The notes beneath the pieces are model-generated. The model was not told the DNA's origin. It worked only from the letters and a program-made list of their open reading frames with translations, and made no database searches. Position numbers and translations under genes: made by a program. This document shows, in pieces, positions 20,370 to 31,622 of a stretch of DNA of 64,000 nucleotides. The DNA is from an uncultured Veillonellaceae bacterium (GTDB taxonomy: Bacteria > Bacillota > Negativicutes > JARBTT01). The stretch lies in NCBI GenBank assembly GCA_963805085.1, contig CAWDTA010000005.1:128001-192000 (forward strand), in the 5' to 3' direction. How positions within the stretch are numbered: position 1 is the stretch's first letter; each line of letters starts with the position of its first letter.

Positions 20370-21638
20370 ATGAAAATGAAAAAAAGTTTGACCACATTGG
20401 CAATTACTTTGGCACTAGGAGCAGCGACAACGGCGTTCGCAGCCGTTGCGACATCGGCGGATAGTTTTACTGATGTACCAAAAGATCACTGGAGCTATGC
20501 CGCACTTGATGAATTAGCTAAGGATGGAATCATTGAAGGTTATGGAGATAGTAAATTCCAAGGCAATCGTATGATGAGCCGCTATGAAATGGCGACCATT
20601 GTTGCCAAGGCGATGGATAAAGTAAAATCTGGCTCGCTCGGCGATCAGGCACTGGTTGAAAAACTTGAAAAGGAATATGGTAGTGAACTTGAAGCACTCA
20701 ATAAGAAAGTCGATGCTTTAGATAAGAAAGTCGATGAAACGAATGTACGTATTGACAATGTGAAAATTACAGGTTTTGTTCGCACACAGTGGGATAGCGA
20801 TGATCAGGGAGGTAACTCTAACAATGGCGATAAACGTTTCTATATGGATTTAGAAGGTGAAATGAAAGTTTCCGATAACTGGAAAGCGAAATTTCAGTCT
20901 GAAACGAACCGCCATTATTCAAGTATTAATGGAAAAACACACAAGGGAAATGATGATACCGATACAGGTACCTTCCAAAGAATCTGGGTTGATGGCACTA
21001 TCGCAAATGATTGGTATGTAAATATTGGTAGAAAATGGAGTGGTATTGGCTATCAAAATATGCTGCAGGGCAGTGAAACGGATGGCGTGCAGCTCTGGCA
21101 TCCAATTTCTAAAGATCTGATGGTCAGCGGCTGGTCCTTTGCGCCTACTTGGAATGGTGCAGATTACACTGTCTATGGCGCTAATATCTTCGGGAAAATT
21201 GCCCATAACCTAGAACTCAATGTTGCCTATGGCGCATCAAATAAGGAAAAATGGTTCGGTGATAAATATGGCTCTGCTGATTTGCGTACACAGCTTACAC
21301 CAACTGTGAAGTTGACAGGTACTTATGTATGGACAGGCGCAGATGAAGATAATACAGATAAAGCAGTTCGTCTGGACTACAAGGGAACAAATCTTAAAAA
21401 TGTTGGATCGTTTGGTGCTTATACGCGATTTGTAAACTATGGTGCCAATGGTGATATTGGCCATGATGATGAATGGGGTTCTTTACCAAGCAATATGAAG
21501 GGCTGGATTTTCGGTGTTAAATATGTGCCTTGGCAAGATGTAGAATGGGAAACACTCTATTCTAAACAGACAATAAATGAGAACAGTACAAAAGATGACA
21601 GAAAGTTGTTCCGTACACAGGTTGATTTCCATTTCTAA
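20370..21638 (+). CDS. SLH-domain outer-membrane porin (OmpM/Mep45-like)
   Basis: Signal peptide, SLH (FTDVPKDHWSY...GYGDSKFQG...SRYEMA), coiled coil, amphipathic beta strands, C-terminal FRTQVDFHF beta-signal. Confidence 0.88.
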   Translation: MKMKKSLTTLAITLALGAATTAFAAVATSADSFTDVPKDHWSYAALDELAKDGIIEGYGDSKFQGNRMMSRYEMATIVAKAMDKVKSGSLGDQALVEKLEKEYGSELEALNKKVDALDKKVDETNVRIDNVKITGFVRTQWDSDDQGGNSNNGDKRFYMDLEGEMKVSDNWKAKFQSETNRHYSSINGKTHKGNDDTDTGTFQRIWVDGTIANDWYVNIGRKWSGIGYQNMLQGSETDGVQLWHPISKDLMVSGWSFAPTWNGADYTVYGANIFGKIAHNLELNVAYGASNKEKWFGDKYGSADLRTQLTPTVKLTGTYVWTGADEDNTDKAVRLDYKGTNLKNVGSFGAYTRFVNYGANGDIGHDDEWGSLPSNMKGWIFGVKYVPWQDVEWETLYSKQTINENSTKDDRKLFRTQVDFHF

Positions 21639-21680
21639 TAATATAGATTTTGTTATCAGCATGTAAAGGAGGAAAGACCC

Positions 21681-24600
21681 ATGACACATAAAAAGAATCT
21701 AGTGTGTGCCGTTGTATTAGCAGTTTCACTTGGTATGTTTGCGACTCCGCTGTTGGCACCGAATGCAACGGCCACGACCTTTATAGCAAGAGCAGAAGCA
21801 GCGCAGTCAGTGGGACAAGTAGTTATCCTTGCCGGTAGTTTACAAGATGAATTGGGCGGCAGCAAAGAGTGGAATCCGAGTGATCGAAGAACGATGATGA
21901 AAGCTCTTGGTAACGGTAAATATCAACTCAAGGGCAAGCTTCCCGCAGGAAATTATGAGTTTAAGATTGCAGTTGGCGGCAGTTGGAATGAAAATTACGG
22001 CGACAAAGGTCAGCTTAATGGAGCAAATATCGCCCTGCACCTCAAGGCCGCGCATGAAGTGACGTTTGATTATGATGCGGCTACCCATCTTGCTACGTAT
22101 ACTTATGAGGGGATGGCAGCAGAGCAGGAAGCAGCGATAAAAGAAACTGTAGCGGCAGCTGTGCAGCAAAGAAAAATAATGATTGCTGGCAATCTGCAAC
22201 GGCAGCTTGGTGCGGGCAAAGATTGGGATCCATCGGATATGAAAACGCAGATGATAGATCTCGGTCATGGATTTTATAGCTATACCGCCAATCTGCTGGC
22301 GGGGTCTTATAGTTATAAAATTGCTGTCAATGGAAGCTGGAATGAAAATTATGGATTAGGTGGCGATGCTGATGGGGCTAACTTACAACTCACATTGGCA
22401 AAACCACAGGCGGCGACATTCTATTATAATGATACAACTCATAAAATCAAAGACAGCAGTAGCTATAAATTATTGTCAGATAAGGAACTGCCAATGGTTA
22501 GCGGTGATTTTGCGAAGGTCGCAAAAGGTGATTTCATTATGCGTGATACGATACTCGATGGATTTTATACAATAAGTCTTGACGCTAAAGCTGGTACCTA
22601 TAATGTGGCGATCATGCAGAAAGGTAAACAGATTGCGGCTCAGCCAATCACGTTGAACAAGGATGGCAAGGTAGCGCTTTATTTTGATAATAAGGCTGAT
22701 AAATTGATCGTTGATGATGGCAGTATCCATGAAGATAAACTCTATCATAATACATGGGAACTTTCGAGTCGTCAGCCATTTGAAGCTGTCAAAGCCGGCG
22801 ACAGCGTGAAACTTTCCATTAGCGGTCAAAAAGGCGATATCAAAAAAGCACAACTCGTCTTGTTCAAATCGAAGATTGTTGCCAAAGGTGGCGATGAATA
22901 CAATATCGATTATAATGCTGGTACGACAACGGTATATGATCTGGATTTTATCAGCAGTGAAAATGACAAAGATGTTTGGTCAAAAAAAATCCAGCTTAAT
23001 GAAAACGGTATTTACGGCTATAAATTTATCATCAACGGAATAAAAGAATACGGCGATGATGCGAAACCAGGTCAAACGGGTATGGTAACCTTGCGAGATG
23101 CTAAACCATTTCAGCTGACCGTTTATCGGGCTGATTATAAGACGCCAAATTGGGCAAAAGAAGCCGTTACCTATCAAATTTTCCCAGATCGTTTTTATAA
23201 CGGTGATACAAGCAATGACAATGCGAAATCGACAGCGCGCGGCTTGCAGCCAATCCAACATAAGAGTTGGAATCAGTTGCCAGCCAATCATACGAGGGCA
23301 CCACAGCTTGACAGTGATTCATATGAATGCAATGACTTCTTTGGTGGCGATCTCGCTGGCATTACAAAAGAACTCGATTATTTGCAGGATCTTGGTATAA
23401 CAGCTATTTATGTGAACCCGATCATGGAAGCAGCATCCAACCATCGTTATGATGCTGTAAACTATGAAAATATCGATCCCTTCCTCGGCACACAGAAAGA
23501 TTTTGATACACTGGTGAAGGAGATGGATAAACGCGGCATGCATTTGATCATGGACGGCGTGTTCAACCATGTTGGTGATGATTCAATTTATTTCGACCGC
23601 TACAGCAAATACAAAACAGTGGGTGCTTATGAATACTGGTCGCGAATTTACGATTTAATGAACACCAAGCATATGAAGCAGGATAAAGCTGAAGCGGTTG
23701 CTAAAAAATCGCTCATAGCGGAAGGACAGGTGTTTAGTCCATATAATTGGCAGAATTGGTTTGATATCTATAATGAAAAAGCTGTTGATGAAATGGGGGC
23801 CAAATACAACTACCACTCTTGGCAGGGCTATTCAAGTCTTGCACCATTCAAAGATTTTCCGCCAACGGCTACTTCACCGGTCAAAGATGCGCCAAGCCAG
23901 CTAAATAATATCGATCTTGACAACTATCTCATCTATGATGATAATGCTGTAATTACAAGTTGGTTCAAAAAGGGTTTGTCTGGCTGGCGGTTTGATGTGG
24001 CCAAAGAAGTTCCGCCAGAATTTTGGGCAGCAGTACGGGATAAAGTGAAGACACTTAAGAACAGACAAGGTGATGAACCATTATTGCTTGGTGAAATCTG
24101 GCAGGATGGCTCGCAGTTCCTTACCGGCGACCAGTTTGATTCGGTCATGAACTATAAGCTCAGCTTTGCTGTAGGTGATCTTTTCTTGAATAAGGGTGAT
24201 GCTGCCGCCGCTGATGTTGAGCTCAAGACCTTGCAACAAAACTACCCGAAAGAAGCTCTTTATGATTTGATGAATATCGTGGATTCACATGATGTAGTCC
24301 GTGCTATTTTCAAATTTGGCGGGGGAAAAGATAGTGTGGCTCAGGCTTCTTTGAAAGATTTCAACTATGATGAAGGCAAGGCAAAACTTAAACTTGCAGC
24401 GACATTCTTGATGGGGTATCCAGGAATGCCAACGATTTATTATGGCGACGAAGCTGGCTTGTATGGTAGTGTGGATCCTGACTGCCGCAGAGCCTATCCA
24501 TGGGGATATGAAGACCAAGATTTGCTCAATTATTATAAAAAAGTAATAAAAGTAAGAAATGATAACAAAAAGCTTTTTGCTTACGGTGATGTATCTACAC

Positions 24601-24830
24601 TGAAAGCTGAGGGGGATCTTTATGTATACGGTCGGTCTTGTGCTGGTGAAAATGCTGTAGTTGCTATGAACAGAGGCAATGAGACAGAAATCACACTTGA
24701 TGTACCGCAATATACTGATGGCATGGTGTTTACAGATGCTTTAGATAATAGTTATCAGGTTTCTGTTGAAAATGGCAAGTTGACAATTAGTTTAAACAAG
24801 TTTCAGTCAAGGATGCTAATTAATCAATGA
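21681..24830 (+). CDS. Exported amylopullulanase-like GH13 with two N-terminal X25-like repeats
   Basis: Sec signal (...ARAEA), repeats LAGSLQ..EWNP / IAGNLQ..DWDP with SWNENYG; YQIFPDRF, SNHRYD, DGVFNH, GWRFDVA, GEIW, DSHD, DPDCRR. Confidence 0.9.
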   Translation: MTHKKNLVCAVVLAVSLGMFATPLLAPNATATTFIARAEAAQSVGQVVILAGSLQDELGGSKEWNPSDRRTMMKALGNGKYQLKGKLPAGNYEFKIAVGGSWNENYGDKGQLNGANIALHLKAAHEVTFDYDAATHLATYTYEGMAAEQEAAIKETVAAAVQQRKIMIAGNLQRQLGAGKDWDPSDMKTQMIDLGHGFYSYTANLLAGSYSYKIAVNGSWNENYGLGGDADGANLQLTLAKPQAATFYYNDTTHKIKDSSSYKLLSDKELPMVSGDFAKVAKGDFIMRDTILDGFYTISLDAKAGTYNVAIMQKGKQIAAQPITLNKDGKVALYFDNKADKLIVDDGSIHEDKLYHNTWELSSRQPFEAVKAGDSVKLSISGQKGDIKKAQLVLFKSKIVAKGGDEYNIDYNAGTTTVYDLDFISSENDKDVWSKKIQLNENGIYGYKFIINGIKEYGDDAKPGQTGMVTLRDAKPFQLTVYRADYKTPNWAKEAVTYQIFPDRFYNGDTSNDNAKSTARGLQPIQHKSWNQLPANHTRAPQLDSDSYECNDFFGGDLAGITKELDYLQDLGITAIYVNPIMEAASNHRYDAVNYENIDPFLGTQKDFDTLVKEMDKRGMHLIMDGVFNHVGDDSIYFDRYSKYKTVGAYEYWSRIYDLMNTKHMKQDKAEAVAKKSLIAEGQVFSPYNWQNWFDIYNEKAVDEMGAKYNYHSWQGYSSLAPFKDFPPTATSPVKDAPSQLNNIDLDNYLIYDDNAVITSWFKKGLSGWRFDVAKEVPPEFWAAVRDKVKTLKNRQGDEPLLLGEIWQDGSQFLTGDQFDSVMNYKLSFAVGDLFLNKGDAAAADVELKTLQQNYPKEALYDLMNIVDSHDVVRAIFKFGGGKDSVAQASLKDFNYDEGKAKLKLAATFLMGYPGMPTIYYGDEAGLYGSVDPDCRRAYPWGYEDQDLLNYYKKVIKVRNDNKKLFAYGDVSTLKAEGDLYVYGRSCAGENAVVAMNRGNETEITLDVPQYTDGMVFTDALDNSYQVSVENGKLTISLNKFQSRMLINQ

Positions 24831-24899
24831 TCATGGGGAGTGGAGCGAAATCTCCACTCTCTATTTTGTCAAGGTGAATGATCAACAGGATATTGATAG

Positions 24900-24970
24900 T
24901 TTCACAAAAACTGTGAAAAGTTCCTAAACCCCTGATATCTATTGAATCAACGAGCTTTTGGTGATAACAT
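24900..24970 (+). promoter_or_regulatory. Palindrome plus sigma-A promoter upstream of the GH4 gene
   Basis: tttcaca-N5-tgtgaaa (24900-24918); TTGAAT-N17-TAACAT (24942-24970). Confidence 0.45.
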
Positions 24971-25155
24971 GAAAACTGTCAAAGCGCATTGGCAATCATT
25001 ATAATGAAGAACATCATACCTGGTATTTAAAAAGGTTTTCTAGGCAAACTTTCTGGAAGATAGTATAGGGAGAGTTTGGTCGGTAGCATTGTTGCTGCTG
25101 ATAAAATGGATAGAGGTAATTGTTGAATATTTGTTCACAGAGAATTAAAAAATAG

Positions 25156-26508
<1,353 letters not shown>

Positions 26509-26560
26509 AAAGATTCATATAAAAATACGTCCCACTCATTGAGTTGGGGCGTATTTTTAT

Positions 26561-26653
26561 ATGAGTGGAACTCTATGGTTAATGCTTGTGCTTGATATTA
26601 TTGGAACAATTGCCTTTGCGATGAAATATGATATCCACTTACCAGTACTTTAG
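26561..26653 (+). pseudogene. Internally deleted remnant of a TRIC/UPF0126 (YadS-like) membrane protein
   Basis: MSGTLWLMLVLDIIGTIAFA|MKYDIHLPVL*: typical family N-terminus joined in frame to typical C-terminus. Confidence 0.6.
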
Positions 26654-26768
26654 TGGTTTTACTGGTTTACACTTATATAAATAGAAGTTATATTGTTATT
26701 GCTAAAATGTAACTATGTATACATGTATGCAACTTGACAGAATTTATTATCCTGTATATAATAATAAA

Positions 26769-26930
26769 CATCAACAAGATAGTTCGAGGCAATGAAGCCT
26801 CCGCAATAGTTATTTGCGGGGGCTTTTTCTATTTTTTTAAAGTATCTTGTTTGACGAGACAATGACGTCTTGCCACTTAAAGTAATAAGTTGCGTGTATT
26901 ACTAGAGTTGCAGACGTTTATTTTTTTTCA
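26769..26930 (+). promoter_or_regulatory. amtB leader with two ANTAR-type hexaloop hairpins, each overlapping a terminator
   Basis: GGC-AATGAA-GCC overlapping aagcctccgcaa/tttgcgggggcttttt; GAC-AATGAC-GTC overlapping gacgtcttgc.../...gcagacgttta-T8; promoter TTGACA-N18-TATAAT at ~26734-26763. Confidence 0.7.
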
Positions 26931-26961
26931 AAAAAGTATGAGAGAAAAGAGGGGGATTAGA

Positions 26962-28323
26962 ATGAAAAAGTTATGGCCTACAATGTTAACAACACTTATG
27001 TTAGTTGCTATGATGGTTCCTGTAGCTTTTGCTGCAGATGCAGAGGCGGCTACCAAAATTGATTCAGGGGATACTGCTTGGGTACTAGTAAGTGCTGCAA
27101 TGGTATTTATTATGACACCTGGTCTTGGTTTCTTCTATGGTGGTATGGTTAGAAGTAAAAATGTTTTATCGACAATCATGCAAAGTTTCTTTATTGTTGC
27201 ACTTATTTCTGTTGAATGGGTATTATTTGGTTATTCTTTAACGTTTAGTGGTGATGTTTCAGGTATTATTGGTAATCTTGATAAAGCCGGTTTGGCTGGT
27301 ATTGGGGTCACTACAATTTTAGATAATGGTACAATTCCTGAATTTGCTTTTGTTGCTTTCCAATGTATGTTTGCTGTTATCACACCAGCTCTTATTACAG
27401 GAGCTTTTGCTGAAAGAATTAAATTCTCGGCTTTTGTAGTGTTCAGTTCCTTATGGGCAATCTTCATTTACAATCCAATGGCTCACTGGGTATGGGGTGG
27501 CGGCTGGTTAGCTAAACTTGGCGCACTTGATTTTGCCGGTGGCCTTGTAATTCATATTTTATCTGGTGTTTCAGGCTTAGTGTTTTGCTTAATGGTTGGT
27601 AAAAGACGTGGTTATGGTAAATCTCCAATTATTCCGCATAATATTCCAATGATTGTGATTGGTGCTACTTTATTATGGTTTGGTTGGTTTGGCTTTAATG
27701 CTGGTAGTGCTCTTGGTGCAAATGGTCTAGCTGCTAGTGCCTTTATTGTTTCTCAAATCGCTGCTGCTGGGGCAACTGTATCTTGGGTAGTAGCAGAATG
27801 GATCTACAATGGTAAACCAACTCTATTTGGCGCAGCGAGTGGGTGTATTGCTGGTTTAGTTGCAATTACGCCTGCTGCGGGTTATGTAACACCAATGCCA
27901 GCTCTTATTATCGGTCTTGTTGGTGGGGTTGTGTGTTATTTCTCCGTTGCTGTGGTAAAAGCAAAACTTGGTTATGATGATTCTCTAGATGCTTTTGGTG
28001 TTCATGGGGTTGGTGGTACTTGGGGCGCAATTGCAACTGGTCTTTGGGCAACAACTTCTGTAAATGAAGCTGGTGCAGATGGCCTGTTCTATGGCAATCC
28101 GGATTTAGTTGTAACGCAATTAATTTCTGTAGTAACTGCTTGGGCGTTTGCCATTGTTGGTACATTCATCCTTGTAAAACTGATCGGTTTATTTATGCAA
28201 ATTAGAGTGGATGAAGCTGATGAAGTTGCTGGTGTGGATATTAGTGGGCATGGTGAAAGTGCCTATGGTCAAAGTATCGTAGCTGGTCATCCAGTCATCG
28301 GTGGTCAAGACGTAAATTTATAA
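26962..28323 (+). CDS. amtB: Ammonium transporter
   Basis: MTPGLGFFYGGMVR, FQCMFA, HWVWGGG, DFAGG, LWFGWFGFNAGS, DDSLDAFGVHG. Confidence 0.96.
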   Translation: MKKLWPTMLTTLMLVAMMVPVAFAADAEAATKIDSGDTAWVLVSAAMVFIMTPGLGFFYGGMVRSKNVLSTIMQSFFIVALISVEWVLFGYSLTFSGDVSGIIGNLDKAGLAGIGVTTILDNGTIPEFAFVAFQCMFAVITPALITGAFAERIKFSAFVVFSSLWAIFIYNPMAHWVWGGGWLAKLGALDFAGGLVIHILSGVSGLVFCLMVGKRRGYGKSPIIPHNIPMIVIGATLLWFGWFGFNAGSALGANGLAASAFIVSQIAAAGATVSWVVAEWIYNGKPTLFGAASGCIAGLVAITPAAGYVTPMPALIIGLVGGVVCYFSVAVVKAKLGYDDSLDAFGVHGVGGTWGAIATGLWATTSVNEAGADGLFYGNPDLVVTQLISVVTAWAFAIVGTFILVKLIGLFMQIRVDEADEVAGVDISGHGESAYGQSIVAGHPVIGGQDVNL

Positions 28324-28451
28324 AAGACAATAATATGAGGAGGGGAATGCTCCCCTCCTCATATTTTATAAATTTATTAAGTTTACTAAAAATATAGTAA
28401 CCTCATAAGTTATAAGTTTGATATAATTTTATAATAAGGGGAGGTATAAAC

Positions 28452-28811
28452 ATGAAAAAGTTAACAAAGATAGACATTATTACAAGACCAGGTAAACTTG
28501 AAGAGCTTAAAGAAGCATTAAATGCAATCGGCGTAGCTGGAATGACGGTGAGCCAAGTTTATGGTTGTGGTCTGCAAAAGGGGCATAAAGAAGTATATAG
28601 AGGCCAAGAATATGCCATTAACTTAGTTCCTAAAGTAAAAGTTGAAACAGTTATTTGTGAAATCCCTGTAGAAAAAGTTTTGGAAGTGGCACAAAAAGTA
28701 TTAAAAACTGGTCAAATAGGTGATGGAAAAATATTTGTGTATAACGTTGAAAATGCAGTGCGTATTCGTACTGGTGAAGAAGGCGACATTGCAATTATTG
28801 ATCAAAAATAA
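28452..28811 (+). CDS. glnK: PII nitrogen regulatory protein (GlnK/GlnB)
   Basis: GCGLQKG..EVYRGQEY, TGQIGDGKIFV, RIRTGE; follows amtB. Confidence 0.92.
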   Translation: MKKLTKIDIITRPGKLEELKEALNAIGVAGMTVSQVYGCGLQKGHKEVYRGQEYAINLVPKVKVETVICEIPVEKVLEVAQKVLKTGQIGDGKIFVYNVENAVRIRTGEEGDIAIIDQK

Positions 28812-28929
28812 AATCGTATTAGATTTTATAGATATTTGGTGAATTTAATCATCTCAAGTATTTAATAGTATGCTGAGGCCAGTATATAACAAAATGTTGT
28901 ATACTGGTTTTTTCTTTTTAGAGAGTTTG

Positions 28930-29019
28930 TGTTAAATATATGTTAATGTATGTTATTATATGTTGATATATGTTATTATTTAACTAGTGATAGCAGGACT
29001 TTGGTCGTGTTTGTATAAT
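28930..29019 (+). promoter_or_regulatory. Five TGTT(A/G) direct repeats at ~10-bp spacing before a sigma-H-like promoter
   Basis: tgttaaatata tgttaatgta tgttattata tgttgatata tgttattatt; GCAGGACTT-N11-GTATAAT at 28993-29019. Confidence 0.55.
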
Positions 29020-29052
29020 TATGTAATAAAATAATTTTATTTTTTTAAGAAG

Positions 29053-29925
29053 GTGATCGATGTGGAAAAAATTCGTGTATTGGTAGTGGATGATTCTAGA
29101 ATGAGTCATGCCATGATGGATGGAATAATATCTAGAACAAATTTTGAAATTTGCGATTATGCAAAAACAAGTGCAGAAGCTATAGAAAAGTATAAAATAC
29201 TAAGCCCGGATGTAGTTACTATGGATATGAATTTGCCGGATGCTGATGGCTTGGAATGTAGTCAACGAATTTTAGAATTGAATCCACATGCAAAAATTGT
29301 CATGGTTAGCGCGATGCGCGATGCTAATTTGATGATGCAAGGTCGTGCTATTGGGATCAGTGCATTTGTACAAAAACCATTGAATGAAAATGAACTGCTT
29401 GATACCTTACGTATGGTTTGCCAGTCAAATGAAGATAGCCTTAAAATATTGGAAGAATCTTATGTAAAAACGTTTATTAAAGTATTACATAAAAATTTAT
29501 TTAGTCTTGCTGGCGTTCATAGTGATATGAGTTATGAACTTTCCACGGAAGGAAAACTGGAGATAGACGGGATAGCAATTATCATTGGGTTTACTGGTAA
29601 ACCGATTGGTAGAGCCATTGTACATACTGATATCGATACGATGAATCAATTTGCTAGGGCTATTCTTGGCAGAAGCCCTGATGAAATCCTTAGTGATGCA
29701 GAAGCGAATGAATGTATGGAGGAAACTGCTAATATTATAGCTGGAAGTAGTGTTTCGATGATCAATGATATATTTAAAGATAAAGAACTTAGAATTACAC
29801 CTCCAGGTATTATTGTTGGTAAGAAACTTAGTATTGTAAATCCTAAGCTGACAACGTTTAATATAGTAGCAAGTACCGAACTAGGGGATCTAAAAATGAA
29901 TATTGGGTTTGCTGGAGGGGAGTAA
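29053..29925 (+). CDS. CheY-like receiver fused to a CheX/CheC-like phosphatase domain
   Basis: VVDDS, TMDMNLP, MVSA, QKP; C-terminal IIGFTG..EETANIIAG..ITPP. Confidence 0.85.
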   Translation: MIDVEKIRVLVVDDSRMSHAMMDGIISRTNFEICDYAKTSAEAIEKYKILSPDVVTMDMNLPDADGLECSQRILELNPHAKIVMVSAMRDANLMMQGRAIGISAFVQKPLNENELLDTLRMVCQSNEDSLKILEESYVKTFIKVLHKNLFSLAGVHSDMSYELSTEGKLEIDGIAIIIGFTGKPIGRAIVHTDIDTMNQFARAILGRSPDEILSDAEANECMEETANIIAGSSVSMINDIFKDKELRITPPGIIVGKKLSIVNPKLTTFNIVASTELGDLKMNIGFAGGE

Positions 29926-29927
29926 CT

Positions 29928-30386
29928 GTGGATGTAAAATTAATCAACCCATTTATTGATGCATTTATGACAATAATGCCGCAAGTTGGGTTTCAAAATA
30001 TTGCTAGAGGTAAAGTTGCATTAAAAGAAAAAGCTGCAGATAGCTTGGGGGTCACAGCTTTAGTCGGGTTGACAAAGGAAATACGTGGTAATGTGGCTTA
30101 TAATATGTCGGATGAAACTGCTCGTTTTATAGCCTCGACGATGATGTGTGGTATGCCAGTTGCAGCCTTTGATGAAATGGCGCAAAGTGCCATTTCTGAA
30201 TTATCCAATATGCTTACAGCAAATGCTGCCACCAATCTAACCGCCTTAGGAATTGAAGTAGATATTTCAACACCCAGTTTAACAATCGGTGATGGTTTTA
30301 CTGTAAAAATTAGTGATGCACAATATGTAGCAATTGAAATGATTGCAGATGGACATACCTTAGAAGTTAATATTGCTTTGAAATAA
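29928..30386 (+). CDS. cheX: Chemotaxis phosphatase CheX
   Basis: INPFI, SAISELSNML (ExxN), DISTP. Confidence 0.88.
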   Translation: MDVKLINPFIDAFMTIMPQVGFQNIARGKVALKEKAADSLGVTALVGLTKEIRGNVAYNMSDETARFIASTMMCGMPVAAFDEMAQSAISELSNMLTANAATNLTALGIEVDISTPSLTIGDGFTVKISDAQYVAIEMIADGHTLEVNIALK

Positions 30387-30425
30387 AAAAATCACCGATA
30401 TTAAATAATATCGGTGATTTTTTTT
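30386..30425. terminator. Bidirectional terminator
   Basis: aaaaaaatcaccgatatt / aatatcggtgattttttt between convergent genes. Confidence 0.85.
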
Positions 30426-30449
30426 AGAAGAACGATCAAACAAGGGGAC

Positions 30450-31622
30450 TTATTTGATATGTTTTTTTACGAAGTTTTCAATTCTGGATAATGCTTCGGA
30501 AATTTTATTTACAGATGTTGCATACGAGCAACGAATAAAGCCTTCACCACATTCGCCAAAAGCAGTACCAGGAACTAAAGCAACACGTTCAGAACGAAGC
30601 AGTTTTTCGGCGAATTCTTCAGAGCTTAGACCAGTATTTTGAATGGAAGGGAAGATGTAGAATGCACCTTTTGGTTCGAAACATGTTAGGCCCATATTGC
30701 GAATGCCATCTAAAATGAGATGACGACGACGGTCGTATTCAGCGACCATTTTTTTCATGTGTTTCTCACCGTGACGAAGTGCTTCTAGTGCGCCAATTTG
30801 CGCTGTGATTGGTGCGCAAAGCATCGTATATTGATGAATTTTTGTCATTGCGGCAATAAAGGTAGGATTGGCTAAAGCATAACCGATCCGCCAGCCAGTC
30901 ATCGCATAAGATTTTGAAAATCCATTTAATAGAATCGTGCGATCACGCATGTTTGGTAATGAAGAGAAACAAGTATGCTTTGCACCGGCATAGATCAGGT
31001 TGGAATAAATTTCATCGGAGATAACGATTAAATCATGGGCTTCCGCAAAGTCAGCGATCTTTTGTAAATCATCCTTGCTCATCACGGCACCAGTTGGGTT
31101 ATTTGGATAACCAATTAACAATACTCTTGTTTTTGCCGTTAAATATTTTTCTAGCTCTGCTGCGGTAATGCGAAATTCATTTTCAATGGTAGTTGGTACA
31201 CCAACTGCACTGCCGCCTGCAAGAGTGACACAAGCATTGTAAGAAACATAGCAAGGTTCTGGAATCAATACTTCATCGCCAGGCGAGATTACTGCACGTA
31301 ACGCAAGATCGAGTGCCTCACTTACGCCAACTGTGATTAGTACTTCATTTTTCGGGCAATATTCTACATTGTCATTCCGTTTTAAAAGGTTAACGATTTC
31401 TTCACGCAATTCTAAAAGCCCATGGTTTGCCGTATAGGCGGTGTAACCTTGTTCTAGACCATATACGCAGCTTTCACGAATATGCCAAGGTGTGACGAAA
31501 TCTGGCTCACCTACACCGAGAGAGACGACATCCTCCATCTCAGCAGCGATATCAAAGAAACGGCGAATGCCAGATGGCGCAATTGCATTTACTGATGGTG
31601 AAATACGATCTTCCCAATTCAT
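30450..31622 (-). CDS. alaT: Class I PLP aminotransferase, AlaT/YugH-like
   Basis: SLGVGEPDF, PNNPTG, SDEIY, GFSKSYAMTGWRIG; operon with Lrp regulator behind an Ala T-box, as in B. subtilis alaRT. Confidence 0.8.
   Translation of the reverse strand: MNWEDRISPSVNAIAPSGIRRFFDIAAEMEDVVSLGVGEPDFVTPWHIRESCVYGLEQGYTAYTANHGLLELREEIVNLLKRNDNVEYCPKNEVLITVGVSEALDLALRAVISPGDEVLIPEPCYVSYNACVTLAGGSAVGVPTTIENEFRITAAELEKYLTAKTRVLLIGYPNNPTGAVMSKDDLQKIADFAEAHDLIVISDEIYSNLIYAGAKHTCFSSLPNMRDRTILLNGFSKSYAMTGWRIGYALANPTFIAAMTKIHQYTMLCAPITAQIGALEALRHGEKHMKKMVAEYDRRRHLILDGIRNMGLTCFEPKGAFYIFPSIQNTGLSSEEFAEKLLRSERVALVPGTAFGECGEGFIRCSYATSVNKISEALSRIENFVKKHIK

Noticed and set aside
25040-25105. GGCAAAC-containing hairpin resembling a c-di-GMP-I riboswitch in the GH4 leader
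   Set aside because: Lacks the GAAA tetraloop stem, GACGCAAA junction and P3; only a generic hairpin.
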